Assembly: GCA_964016885.1 (NCBI GenBank) | Contig: OZ024749.1 | Coordinates: 6,200,001-6,264,000, forward strand | Length of the DNA: 64,000 nucleotides | From: Eledone cirrhosa | Taxonomy: Eukaryota | Direction: 5' to 3' | In this document: piece by piece, positions 26,651 to 41,600 of the stretch | Layout of the letters: each line of letters opens with the position of its first letter | How positions within the stretch are numbered: position 1 is the stretch's first letter | Notes under the pieces: model-generated | Database searches by the model: none | What the model saw: the letters and a program-made list of their open reading frames with translations, nothing else | Told to the model about the DNA's origin: nothing | Position numbers and translations under genes: made by a program

Positions 26651-27033
26651 TTCTATAATATATTTATTCAGATTCAGTTGGGAAAAAACATAACAACAAT
26701 ACAGTTTACAATATTACAATATGATTGATCGAATATGTTTCATTTATTATATTTATTTTTGTTTACTCTTTGGAGTTTGATCTAAATATTTCTTGCAAAA
26801 CAAAGTCAGAAATATTTTTCAAAAGTTATATATATAGTGAATTCAATTACTCGAAAAAAGTTTAAAATACAAACTAAGTTTGCATCAAAATAAAACCGTG
26901 ACATACTCTCAATCTTTGACTAAAGCTATTATCATTAATGGAATAAATAGACACCACACCACCTCCAACAGTTTTGACAATAAGTGGTCATGTTCTCCAA
27001 TTAAGGAAACAGCCTACTTGTTAAATTCTTTAA

Positions 27034-27249
27034 CCCTCTAGCATTTACATTAATCTATATATACTATTGTATTTTCACAAAAAGGGCTTTATCACATAAT
27101 TATCTCGCATAATATCGAATCTACAAGATTTTGATATTTATTTTGAAGACAATACCTTAACAGTGGTATGAGTGGCTTGTTACAACCAGTTTGAACAGAA
27201 AGAGGAGAGAAAATTCTGGCTAGATATCACCGGTTTAAATGCTGAAGGG
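27034..27249. mobile_element. piggyBac-type MITE, copy 1
   Basis: TTAA|ccctctagcattta ... taaatgctgaaggg|TTAA. Confidence 0.85.
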
Positions 27250-27289
27250 TTAAGTGGATAAGTTGTTCCAGTGACATATGAACCTTTAA

Positions 27290-27510
27290 CCCTTTAGCAT
27301 TTACATTATTCTATATTTACTGTTGTATTTTCACAGTAAAGGCTTTATCTTACATAATTATCTCATGTAGTATTGAATCTACAAGATTTTGACATTATTT
27401 ATTTTGAGAACAATACCTTAATGTAGGTATGAGCAACCAGTTACAGCCGGTTTGAACAGAAAGAGGTGAGAAAATTCTGGCCGGATATGGCTGGTTTAAA
27501 TGCTAAAGGG
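27290..27510. mobile_element. piggyBac-type MITE, copy 2
   Basis: TTAA|ccctttagcattta ... taaatgctaaaggg|TTAA. Confidence 0.88.
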
Positions 27511-27949
27511 TTAACATAATTCTTTTTGAGATTCAATTTGATGCAGGGTATTTAACAAGCCTGTGCCTTTTCAATTGCAATAACATTCTACCACGGGATT
27601 CTGATAATCTGCACCAATACAGTTTCACTCATTGAGACATCAAACAGTGACTACCAAGCACATACAGAGTATATTCACTATCTAACCATATAACACCACT
27701 CACATTTCACATAGCCTACACAATAGAACAAACACTAAACATAACACAAGAAACAGCAATATACACTTCTATAACAAAACAAGACTGATGCGGTACTCTA
27801 ACAGGTGGCTAGGATATATAACACGCGTAGTAGAATTAAACCCACTACCTCATGATTGTAAACCAACTTCTTTACCACATGGCCATGCTGCCTCCATTAT
27901 CTTCATTACATCTGAAATACTAACACTGGTTAAAGAAAAAGAAACTGAC

Positions 27950-28273
27950 CATCATCATCATCATTTTATGTCCGCTTTTCCCTGCTTGCAAGGGTGGGAC
28001 GGGAACTGATTCTGGCTTGAATTCTACAGCTGGATGCCCTTCCTAACACCAACCTCATTTACAGTGAGTGCTGGGTGCTTTTTTGCCGTGGCACCTCCAC
28101 GACCACTTTGCAGTGAAATGATAGGGACCCCAGTCCCTATCATCTCATTTCTACAGCTGAGTAAACTGAAGCAATGTGAAATAAAGTGTCTTGCTCAAGG
28201 AAACAACACATCACCCGGTCTGAGAATTGAACTCACAACCTTTCGATTGCAAGCCCAATGCTCTAACCCCTAA

Positions 28274-28278
<5 letters not shown>
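27950..28278 (-). mobile_element. SINE A
   Basis: Family consensus match, reverse strand. Confidence 0.92.
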
Positions 28279-28316
<38 letters not shown>

Positions 28317-28345
28317 GATGCAAACTTGTTTATTCTAACTCTTAA

Positions 28346-28557
28346 CCATTTAGCATTTATGTTACTCTATATCTACTATTGTATTTTCACAGTAAACACT
28401 TTATCTCACATAATTATTTCACATAATATCGAATCTATGGGATTTTGATATCATTTATTTTGAGAATAATACCTTAACGTCAGTACAAGCGGCTGGTTAT
28501 GACCAGTTTGAACAGAAAGAGGTGAGAGAACTCTTTGCCGGTTTAAATGCTAAAGAG
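28346..28557. mobile_element. piggyBac-type MITE, copy 3
   Basis: TTAA|ccatttagcattta ... taaatgctaaagag|TTAA; internal homology to copies 1 and 2. Confidence 0.82.
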
Positions 28558-29039
28558 TTAATACCCTATAATAATGATTTAGCAGAAAATACCTGACAAC
28601 AGGTTTGTTAATTCCAATGTTTATTATATCTTTACTTGTGTACAGATTATTGAACAATTGCAGTATCAAAGAAAGGTCTGTCACTTTTAATGTGGTACAA
28701 TCATGTTGCGTGTTTTGTAATTTTCAAGAATGTGTTGCTACTGAAATTTCCTGCAACACAAGAGGCTATACATTATTTAAAGTCTATTTAAAATCCATTT
28801 AAAATCCATTAAGTTTTGCTCGAAACACCTGTTTAATTATTACTAGGTTGGCACACTAAATTCTTCATTATTTTCAAAATTAGTTGAAAATAACAGGCAA
28901 TGTCATTTAGTAGAGATATGGTAACAAAATGGTTAGAGTAATTATGTGAATTAGTGAATTATTTTGAGAAAATGAAAGCATATTTTCCAAGATAATAAAA
29001 TCAAGAGTAAAACATTATTTTATGTCACATATTTGTACA

Positions 29040-29228
29040 ATAATTGTTTCTTCTTTTAGCACAAGGCCAGCAATTATCCCAGTGCATTACTGGTACTTTA
29101 TTTTATCGAACCTGCAAGGATGAAAGGCAAAGTTAACCTTGACGGGATTTGAACTTAGACCGTAAAGGGCCGTAACTCTGTGCTGCAAAGCATGGCGTCC
29201 GACCTTCTACCTATACTGCCAATCCACA
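29040..29228 (-). mobile_element. SINE B
   Basis: Reverse complement of the 19.1-kb copy. Confidence 0.82.
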
Positions 29229-29278
29229 TAATAATATGTTGTAGTTTGCTTGAAGCATTGTAATACATAATGTTGACA

Positions 29279-29444
29279 ATAAGATGACGGTAACGAAATA
29301 GTAAGTTATCTGGTAATCTTTGTTATTTTTTTTTGTTGTCATTTTTTTTTAGCTGTTGTTTCATCCTAGGATGAAAGAAACAACAGCAACAAAAAACAAA
29401 CCAAAGATTACCAGGTAACTACATTTTTTGTTACCTCATCTTAT
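29279..29444. repeat. Diverged fold-back palindrome
   Basis: Centre tttcatcctaggatgaaa; arms tggtaatctttg / caaagattacca and ataagatga / tcatcttat. Confidence 0.75.
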
Positions 29445-29658
29445 CATCGATTTTGCATTGTTTAGCCATATATCACTTTCCACATTATATATTTGTATGT
29501 TCGTAGTTTTGTACAATCTTAACAAACTTCTGGATGGCTTGAATGCAACAGTTTACTGAGAATCAATGTATCATAACCAAGTAAACTCTCCAAATAATTG
29601 TTTCTACATGTTGGCACAAGGCCAGCAATAACCCAGTGCATTACTGGTACTTTATTTT

Positions 29659-32600
29659 ACCTAATACCCACAACCACTGATTCACTCTACCTCATGTCCA
29701 CCACCACTGATTCACTCCACCTAATGTCCACCACCACTGATTCACTCTACCTAATGTCCACCACCACTGATTCACTCCATCTAATGTCCACCACACCACC
29801 ACTGATTCACTCCACCTAATGTCCACCACACCACCACTGATTCACTCCACCTAATGTCCACCACACTACCACTGATTCACTCCACCTAATGTCCACCACA
29901 CCTCCACTGATTCACTCCACCTAATGTCCACCACACCACCACTGATTCACTCCACCTAATGTCCACCACACCTCCACTGATTCACTCCACTTAATGTCCA
30001 CCACACCACCACTGATTCACTCCACCTAATGTCCACCACCACTGATTCACTCCACCTAATGTCCACCACCACTGATTCACTCCACCTAATGTCCACCACC
30101 ACTGATTCACTCCACCTAATCTCCACCACACCACCACTGATTCACTTTACCTAATGTCCACCACACCACCACTGATTCACTCCCCCTAATGTCCACCACA
30201 CCACCACTGATTCACTCTACCTAATGACCACCACACAAACACTGATTCACTCTACCTAATGACCACCACACCACCACTGATTCACTCCACCTAATGTCCA
30301 CCACACCACCACTGATTCACTCCACCTAATGACCACCACACCACCACTGATTCACTCTACCTAATGACCACCACACCACCACTGATTCACTCCACCTAAT
30401 GTCCACCACACCACCACTGATTCACTCCACTTAATGTCCACCACACCACCACTGATTCACTCCACCTAATGTCCACCACACCACCACTGATTCACTCCAC
30501 CTAATGTCCACCACCACTGATTCCCTCCACCTAATGTCCACCACCACTGATTCACTCCACCTAATGTCCACCACCACTGATTCACTCCACCTAATGTCCA
30601 CCACCACTGATTCACTCCACCTAATGTCCACCACACCACCACTGATTCACTCCACCTAATCTCCACCACCACTGATTCACTCCACCTAATGTCCACCACC
30701 ACTGATTCACTCCACCTAATGTCCACCACACCACCACTGATTCACTCCACCTAATGTCCACCACACCACCACTGATTCACTCCACCTAATGTCCACCACA
30801 CCACCACTGATTCACTCCACCTAATGTCCACCACCACTGATTCACTCCACCTAATGTCCACCACCACTGATTCACTCCACCTAATGTCCACCACCACTGA
30901 TTCACTCCACCTAATGTCCACCACACAACCACTGATTCACTCCACCTAATCTCCACCACCACTGATTCACTCCACCTAATGTCCACCACACCACCACTGA
31001 TTCACTCCACCTAATGTCCACCACCACTGATTCACTCCACCTAATGTCCACCACCACTGATTCACTCCACCTAATGTCCACCACACCACCACTGATTCAC
31101 TCCACCTAATCTCCACCACCACTGATTCACTCCACCTAATGTCCACCACACCACCACTGATTCACTCCACCTAATGTCCACCACCACTGATTCACTCCAC
31201 CTAATGTCCACCACACCACCACTGATTCACTCCACCTAATGTCCACCACACCACCACTGATTCACTCCACCTAATGTCCACCACACCACCACTGATTCAC
31301 TCTACCTAATGACCACCACACCACCACTGATTCACTCCACCTAATGTCCACCACACCACCACTGATTCACTCCACCTAATGTCCACCACACCACCACTGA
31401 TTCACTCTACCTAATGACCACCACACCACCACTGATTCACTCCACCTAATGTCCACCACACCACCACTGATTCACTCTACCTAATGACCACCACACCACC
31501 ACTGATTCACTCCCCCTAATGTCCACCACACCACCACTGATTCACTCCACCTAATGTCCACCACACCACCACTGATTCACTCTACCTAATGACCACCACA
31601 CCACCACTGATTCACTCCCCCTAATGTCCACCACACCACCACTGATTCACTCCACCTAATGTCCACCACCACTGATTCACTCCACCTAATGTCCACCACA
31701 CCACCACTGATTCACTCTACCTCATGTCCACCACCACTGATTCCCTCCACCTAATGTCCACCACCACTGATTCACTCCACCTAATGTCCACCACACCACC
31801 ACTGATTCACTCCACCTAATGTCCACCACACCACCACTGATTCACTCCACCTAATGTCCACCACACCACCACTGATTCACTCCACCTAATGTCCACCACA
31901 CCACCACTGATTCACTCCACCTAATGTCCACCACACCACCACTGATTCACTCCACCTAATGTCCACCACACCACCACTGATTCACTCCACCTAATGTCCA
32001 CCACACCACCACTGATTCACTCTACCTAATGACCACCACACCACCACTGATTCACTCTACCTAATGACCACCACACCACCACTGATTCACTCCACCTAAT
32101 GACCACCACACCACCACTGATTCACTCCACCTAATGTCCACCACACCACCACTGATTCACTTTACCTAATGTCCACCACACCACCACTGATTCACTCTAC
32201 CTAATGTCCACCACACCACCACTGATTCACTCTACCTAATGACCACCACACCACCACTGATTCACTCCACCTAATGTCCACCACACCACCACTGATTCAC
32301 TCTACCTAATGACCACCACACCACCACTGATTCACTCCACCTAATGTCCACCACACCACCACTGATTCACTCTACCTAATGACCACCACACCACCACTGA
32401 TTCACTCCACCTAATGTCCACCACACCACCACTGAGTCACTCTACCTAATGTCCACCACACCACCACTGATTCCCTCCACCTAATGTCCACCACCACTGA
32501 TTCACTCCACCTAATGTCCACCACACCACCACTGATCCACTCCACCTAATGTCCACCACACCACCACTGATTCACTCTACCTAATGACCACCACACCACC

Positions 32601-35600
32601 ACTGATTCACTCCACCTAATGTCCACCACACCACCACTGAGTCACTCTACCTAATGTCCACCACACCACCACTGATTCCCTCCACCTAATGTCCACCACC
32701 ACTGATTCACTCCACCTAATGTCCACCACACCACCACTGATTCACTCTACCTAATGACCACCACACCACCACTGATTCACTCCACCTAATGTCCACCACA
32801 CCACCACTGATTCACTCCACCTAATGTCCACCACACCACCACTGATTCACTCCACCTAATGTCCACCACACCACCACTGATTCACTTTACCTAATGAGCA
32901 CCACACCACCACTGATTCACTCCACCTAATGTCCACCACACCACCACTGATTCACTCCACCTAATGTCCACCACCACTGATTCACTCTACCTAATGACCA
33001 CCACACCACCACTGATTCACTCCACCTAATGTCCACCACACCACCACTGATTCACTTTACCTAATGTCCACCACACCACCACTGATTCCCTCCACCTAAT
33101 GTCCACCACACCACCACTGATTCACTCCACCTAATGTCCACCACACCACCACTGATTCACTCCACCTAATGTCCACCACACCACCACTGATTCACTCCAC
33201 CTAATGTCCACCACACCACCACTGATTCACTCCACCTAATGTCCACCACACCACCACTGATTCACTCCACCTAATGTCCACCACACCACCACTGATTCAC
33301 TTTACCTAATGACCACCACACCACCACTGATTCACTCCACCTAATGTCCACCACACCACCACTGATTCACTCCACCTAATGTCCACCACACCACCACTGA
33401 GTCACTCTACCTAATGTCCACCACACCACCACTGATTCACTCCACCTAATGTCCACCACACCACCACTGATTCACTTTACCTAATGACCACCACACCACC
33501 ACTGATTCACTCCACCTAATGTCCACCACACCACCACTGATTCACTCCACCTAATGTCCACCACACCACCACTGATTCACTCCACCTAATGTCCACCACA
33601 CCACCACTGATTCACTCCACCTAATGTCCACCACACCACCACTGATTCACTCCACCTAATGTCCACCACACCACCACTGATTCACTCCACCTAATGTCCA
33701 CCACACCACCACTGATTCACTCCACCTAATGTCCACCACACCACCACTGATTCACTCCACCTAATGTCCACCACACCACCACTGATTCACTCCACCTAAT
33801 GTCCACCACACCACCACTGATTCACTTTACCTAATGACCACCACACCACCACTGATTCACTCCACCTAATGTCCACCACACCACCACTGATTCACTCCAC
33901 CTAATGTCCACCACACCACCACTGAGTCACTCTACCTAATGTCCACCACACCACCACTGATTCCCTCCACCTAATGTCCACCACCACTGATTCACTCCAC
34001 CTAATGTCCACCACACCACCACTGATTCACTCCACCTAATGTCCACCACACCACCACTGATTCACTCCACCTAATGTCCACCACACCACCACTGATTCAC
34101 TCCACCTAATGTCCACCACCACTGATTCACTCCACCTAATGTCCACCACACCACCACTGATTCACTCTACCTAATGACCACCACACCACCACTGATTCAC
34201 TCCACCTAATGTCCACCACACCACCACTGATTCACTCCACCTAATGTCCACCACACCACCACTGATTCACTCCACCTAATGTCCACCACACCACCACTGA
34301 TTCACTCCACCTAATGTCCACCACACCACCACTGATTCACTCCACCTAATGTCCACCACCACTGATTCACTCCACCTAATGTCCACCACACCACCACTGA
34401 TTCACTCTACCTAATGACCACCACACCACCACTGATTCACTCCACCTAATGACCACCACACCACCACTGATTCACTCCACCTAATGTCCACCACCACTGA
34501 TTCACTCCACCTAATGTCCACCACACCACCACTGATTCACTCTACCTAATGACCACCACACCACCACTGATTCACTCCACCTAATGTTCACCACACCACC
34601 ACTGATTCACTCCACCTAATGTCCACCACACCACCACTGATTCCCTCCACCTAATGTCCACCACCACTGATTCACTCCACCTAATGTCCACCACACCACC
34701 ACTGATTCACTCCACCTAATGTCCACCACACCACCACTGATTCCCTCCACCTAATGTCCACCACCACTGATTCACACCACCTAATGTCCACCACACCACC
34801 ACTGATTCACTCCACCTAATGTCCACCACACCACCACTGATTCCCTCCACCTAATGTCCACCACCACTGATTCACTCCACCTAATGTCCACCACACCACC
34901 ACTGATTCACTCCACCTAATGACCACCACACCACCACTGATTCCCTCCACCTAATGTCCACCACCACTGATTCACACCACCTAATGTCCACCACACCACC
35001 ACTGATTCACTCCACCTAATGACCACCACACCACCACTGATTCCCTCCAACTAATGTCCACCACCACTGATTCACTCCACCTAATGTCCACCACACCACC
35101 ACTGATTCACTCCACCTAATGTCCACCACACCACCACTGATTCCCTCCACCTAATGTCCACCACCACTGATTCACTCCACCTAATGTCCACCACACCACC
35201 ACTGATTCACTCCACCTAATGTCCACCACCACTGATTCACTCCACCTAATGTCCACCACACCACCACTGATTCACTCCACCTAATGTCCACCACACCACC
35301 ACTGATTCCCTCCACCTAATGTCCACCACCACTGATTCACTCCACCTAATGTCCACCACACCACCACTGATTCACTCCACCTAATGTCCACCACCACTGA
35401 TTCACCCCACCTAATGTCCACCACACCACCACTGATTCACTCCACCTAATGTCCACCACACCACCACTGATTCACTCCACCTAATGTCTACCACACCACC
35501 ACTGATTCACTCTACCTAATGACCACCACACCACCACTGATTCACTCAACCTAATGTCCACCACACCACCACTGATTCACTCAACCTAATGTCCACCACA

Positions 35601-38600
35601 CCACCACTGATTCACTCCACCTAATGTCCACCACACCACCACTGATTCACTCAACCTAATGTCCACCACACCACCACAGATTCACTCCACCTAATGTCCA
35701 CCACCACTGATTCACTCCACCTAATGTCCACCACACCACCACTGATTCACTCTACCTAATGTCCACCACCACTGATTCACCCCACCTAATGTCCACCACA
35801 CCTCCACTGATCCACTCCACCCAATGTCCACCACCACTGATTCACTCCACCTAATGTCCACCACACCACCACTGATCCACTCCACCTAATGTCCACCACC
35901 ACTGATTCACCCCATCTAATGTCCACCACACCACCACTGATTCACTCCACCTAATGTCCACCACCACTGATTCACTCCACCTAATGTCCACCACCACTGA
36001 TTCACTCCACCTAATGTCCACCACACCACCACTGATTCACTCCACCTAATGTCCACCACCACTGATTCACCCCACCTAATGTCCACCACACCACCACTGA
36101 TTCACTCCACCTAATGTCCACCACCACTGATTCACTCCACCTAATGTCCACCACCACTGATTCACTCCACCTAATGTCCACCACCACTGATTCACTCCAC
36201 CTAATGTCCACCACACCACCACTGATTCACTCCACCTAATGTCCACCACACCACCACTGATTCACTCCACCTAATGTCCACCACACCACCACTGATTCAC
36301 TCCACCTAATGTCCACCACACCACCACTGATTCACTCCACCTAATGTCCACCACCACTGATTCACTCCACCTAATGTCCACCACCACTGATTCACTCCAC
36401 CTAATGTCCACCACCACTGATTCACTCCACCTAATGTCCACCACACAACCACTGATTCACTCCACCTAATCTCCACCACCACTGATTCACTCCACCTAAT
36501 GTCCACCACACCACCACTGATTCACTCCACCTAATGTCCACCACCACTGATTCACTCCACCTAATGTCCACCACCACTGATTCACTCCACCTAATGTCCA
36601 CCACACCACCACTGATTCACTCCACCTAATCTCCACCACCACTGATTCACTCCACCTAATGTCCACCACACCACCACTGATTCACTCCACCTAATGTCCA
36701 CCACCACTGATTCACTCCACCTAATGTCCACCACACCACCACTGATTCACTCCACCTAATGTCCACCACACCACCACTGATTCACTCCACCTAATGTCCA
36801 CCACACCACCACTGATTCACTCTACCTAATGACCACCACACCACCACTGATTCACTCCACCTAATGTCCACCACACCACCACTGATTCACTCCACCTAAT
36901 GTCCACCACACCACCACTGATTCACTCTACCTAATGACCACCACACCACCACTGATTCACTCCACCTAATGTCCACCACACCACCACTGATTCACTCTAC
37001 CTAATGACCACCACACCACCACTGATTCACTCCCCCTAATGTCCACCACACCACCACTGATTCACTCCACCTAATGTCCACCACACCACCACTGATTCAC
37101 TCTACCTAATGACCACCACACCACCACTGATTCACTCCCCCTAATGTCCACCACACCACCACTGATTCACTCCACCTAATGTCCACCACCACTGATTCAC
37201 TCCACCTAATGTCCACCACACCACCACTGATTCACTCTACCTCATGTCCACCACCACTGATTCCCTCCACCTAATGTCCACCACCACTGATTCACTCCAC
37301 CTAATGTCCACCACACCACCACTGATTCACTCCACCTAATGTCCACCACACCACCACTGATTCACTCCACCTAATGTCCACCACACCACCACTGATTCAC
37401 TCCACCTAATGTCCACCACACCACCACTGATTCACTCCACCTAATGTCCACCACACCACCACTGATTCACTCCACCTAATGTCCACCACACCACCACTGA
37501 TTCACTCCACCTAATGTCCACCACACCACCACTGATTCACTCTACCTAATGACCACCACACCACCACTGATTCACTCTACCTAATGACCACCACACCACC
37601 ACTGATTCACTCCACCTAATGACCACCACACCACCACTGATTCACTCCACCTAATGTCCACCACACCACCACTGATTCACTTTACCTAATGTCCACCACA
37701 CCACCACTGATTCACTCTACCTAATGTCCACCACACCACCACTGATTCACTCTACCTAATGACCACCACACCACCACTGATTCACTCCACCTAATGTCCA
37801 CCACACCACCACTGATTCACTTTACCTAATGACCACCACACCACCACTGATTCACTCCACCTAATGTCCACCACACCACCACTGATTCACTCCACCTAAT
37901 GTCCACCACACCACCACTGATTCACTCTACCTAATGTCCACCACACCACCACTGATTCACTCTACCTAATGACCACCACACCACCACTGATTCACTCCAC
38001 CTAATGTCCACCACACCACCACTGATTCACTCTACCTAATGACCACCACACCACCACTGATTCACTCCACCTAATGTCCACCACACCACCACTGATTCAC
38101 TCTACCTAATGACCACCCCACCACCACTGATTCACTCCACCTAATGTCCACCACACCACCACTGAGTCACTCTACCTAATGTCCACCACACCACCACTGA
38201 TTCCCTCCACCTAATGTCCACCACCACTGATTCACTCCACCTAATGTCCACCACACCACCACTGATTCACTCTACCTAATGACCACCACACCACCACTGA
38301 TTCACTCCACCTAATGTCCACCACACCACCACTGAGTCACTCTACCTAATGTCCACCACACCACCACTGATTCCCTCCACCTAATGTCCACCACCACTGA
38401 TTCACTCCACCTACTGTCCACCACACCACCACTGATTCACTCTACCTAATGACCACCACACCACCACTGATTCACTCCACCTAATGTCCACCACACCACC
38501 ACTGATTCACTCCACCTAATGTCCACCACACCACCACTGATTCACTCCACCTAATGTCCACCACACCACCACTGATTCACTTTACCTAATGAGCACCACA

Positions 38601-41600
38601 CCACCACTGATTCACTCCACCTAATGTCCACCACACCACCACTGATTCACTCCACCTAATGTCCACCACCACTGATTCACTCTACCTAATGACCACCACA
38701 CCACCACTGATTCACTCCACCTAATGTCCACCACACCACCACTGATTCACTTTACCTAATGTCCACCACACCACCACTGATTCCCTCCACCTAATGTCCA
38801 CCACACCACCACCGATTCACTCCACCTAATGTCCACCAGACCACCACTGATTCACTCCACCTAATGTCCACCACACCACCACTGATTCACTCCACCTAAT
38901 GTCCACCACACCACCACTGATTCACTCCACCTAATGTCCACCACACCACCACTGATTCACTCCACCTAATGTCCACCACACCACCACTGATTCACTTTAC
39001 CTAATGACCACCACACCACCACTGATTCACTCCACCTAATGTCCACCACACCACCACTGATTCACTCCACCTAATGTCCACCACACCACCACTGAGTCAC
39101 TCTACCTAATGTCCACCACACCACCACTGATTCACTCCACCTAATGTCCACCACACCACCACTGATTCACTTTACCTAATGACCACCACACCACCACTGA
39201 TTCACTCCACCTAATGTCCACCACACCACCACTGATTCACTCCACCTAATGTCCACCACACCACCACTGATTCACTCCACCTAATGTCCACCACACCACC
39301 ACTGATTCACTCCACCTAATGTCCACCACACCACCACTGATTCACTCCACCTAATGTCCACCACACCACCACTGATTCACTCCACCTAATGTCCACCACA
39401 CCACCACTGATTCACTCCACCTAATGTCCACCACACCACCACTGATTCACTCCACCTAATGTCCACCACACCACCACTGATTCACTCCACCTAATGTCCA
39501 CCACACCACCACTGATTCACTTTACCTAATGACCACCACACCACCACTGATTCACTCCACCTAATGTCCACCACACCACCACTGATTCACTCCACCTAAT
39601 GTCCACCACACCACCACTGAGTCACTCTACCTAATGTCCACCACACCACCACTGATTCCCTCCACCTAATGTCCACCACCACTGATTCACTCCACCTAAT
39701 GTCCACCACACCACCACTGATTCACTCCACCTAATGTCCACCACACCACCACTGATTCACTCCACCTAATGTCCACCACACCACCACTGATTCACTCCAC
39801 CTAATGTCCACCACACCACCACTGATTCACTCCACCTAATGTCCACCACCACTGATTCACTCCACCTAATGTCCACCACACCACCACTGATTCACTCTAC
39901 CTAATGACCACCACACCACCACTGATTCACTCCACCTAATGTCCACCACACCACCACTGATTCACTCCACCTAATGTCCACCACACCACCACTGATTCAC
40001 TCCACCTAATGTCCACCACACCACCACTGATTCACTCCACCTAATGTCCACCACCACTGATTCACTCCACCTAATGTCCACCACACCACCACTGATTCAC
40101 TCTACCTAATGACCACCACACCACCACTGATTCACTCCACCTAATGACCACCACACCACCACTGATTCACTCCACCTAATGTCCACCACCACTGATTCAC
40201 TCCACCTAATGTCCACCACACCACCACTGATTCACTCTACCTAATGACCACCACACCACCACTGATTCACTCCACCTAATGTCCACCACACCACCACTGA
40301 TTCACTCCACCTAATGTCCACCACACCACCACTGATTCCCTCCACCTAATGTCCACCACCACTGATTCACTCCACCTAATGTCCACCACACCACCACTGA
40401 TTCACTCCACCTAATGTCCACCACACCACCACTGATTCCCTCCACCTAATGTCCACCACCACTGATTCACACCACCTAATGTCCACCACACCACCACTGA
40501 TTCACTCCACCTAATGTCCACCACACCACCACTGATTCACTCCACCTAATGTCCACCACACCACCACTGATTCCCTCCACCTAATGTCCACCACCACTGA
40601 TTCACTCCACCTAATCTCCACCACACCACCACTGATTCACTCCACCTAATGTCCACCACACCACCACTGATTCCCTCCACCTAATGTCCACCACCACTGA
40701 TTCACTCCACCTAATGTCCACCACACCACCACTGATTCACTCCACCTAATGTCCACCACCACTGATTCACCCCACCTAATGTCCACCACACCACCACTGA
40801 TTCACTCCACCTAATGTCCACCACACCACCACTGATTCACTCCACCTAATGTCCACCACACCACCACTGATTCACTCTACCTAATGACCACCACACCACC
40901 ACTGATTCACTCAACCTAATGTCCACCACACCACCACTGATTCACTCAACCTAATGTCCACCACACCACCACTGATTCACTCCACCTAATGTCCACCACA
41001 CCACCACTGATTCACTCAACCTAATGTCCACCACACCACCACAGATTCACTCCACCTAATGTCCACCACCACTGATTCACTCCACCTAATGTCCACCACA
41101 CCACCACTGATTCACTCTACCTAATGTCCACCACCACTGATTCACCCCACCTAATGTCCACCACACCTCCACTGATCCACTCCACCCAATGTCCACCACC
41201 ACTGATTCACTCCACCTAATGTCCACCACACCACCACTGATCCACTCCACCTAATGTCCACCACCACTGATTCACCCCATCTAATGTCCACCACACCACC
41301 ACTGATTCACTCCACCTAATGTCCACCACCACTGATTCACTCCACCTAATGTCCACCACCACTGATTCACTCCACCTAATGTCCACCACACCACCACTGA
41401 TTCACTCCACCTAATGTCCACCACCACTGATTCACCCCACCTAATGTCCACCACACCACCACTGATTCACTCCACCTAATGTCCACCACCACTGATTCAC
41501 TCCACCTAATGTCCACCACCACTGATTCACTCCACCTAATGTCCACCACACCACCACTGATCCACTCCACCTAATGTCCACCACCACTGATTCACCCCAC

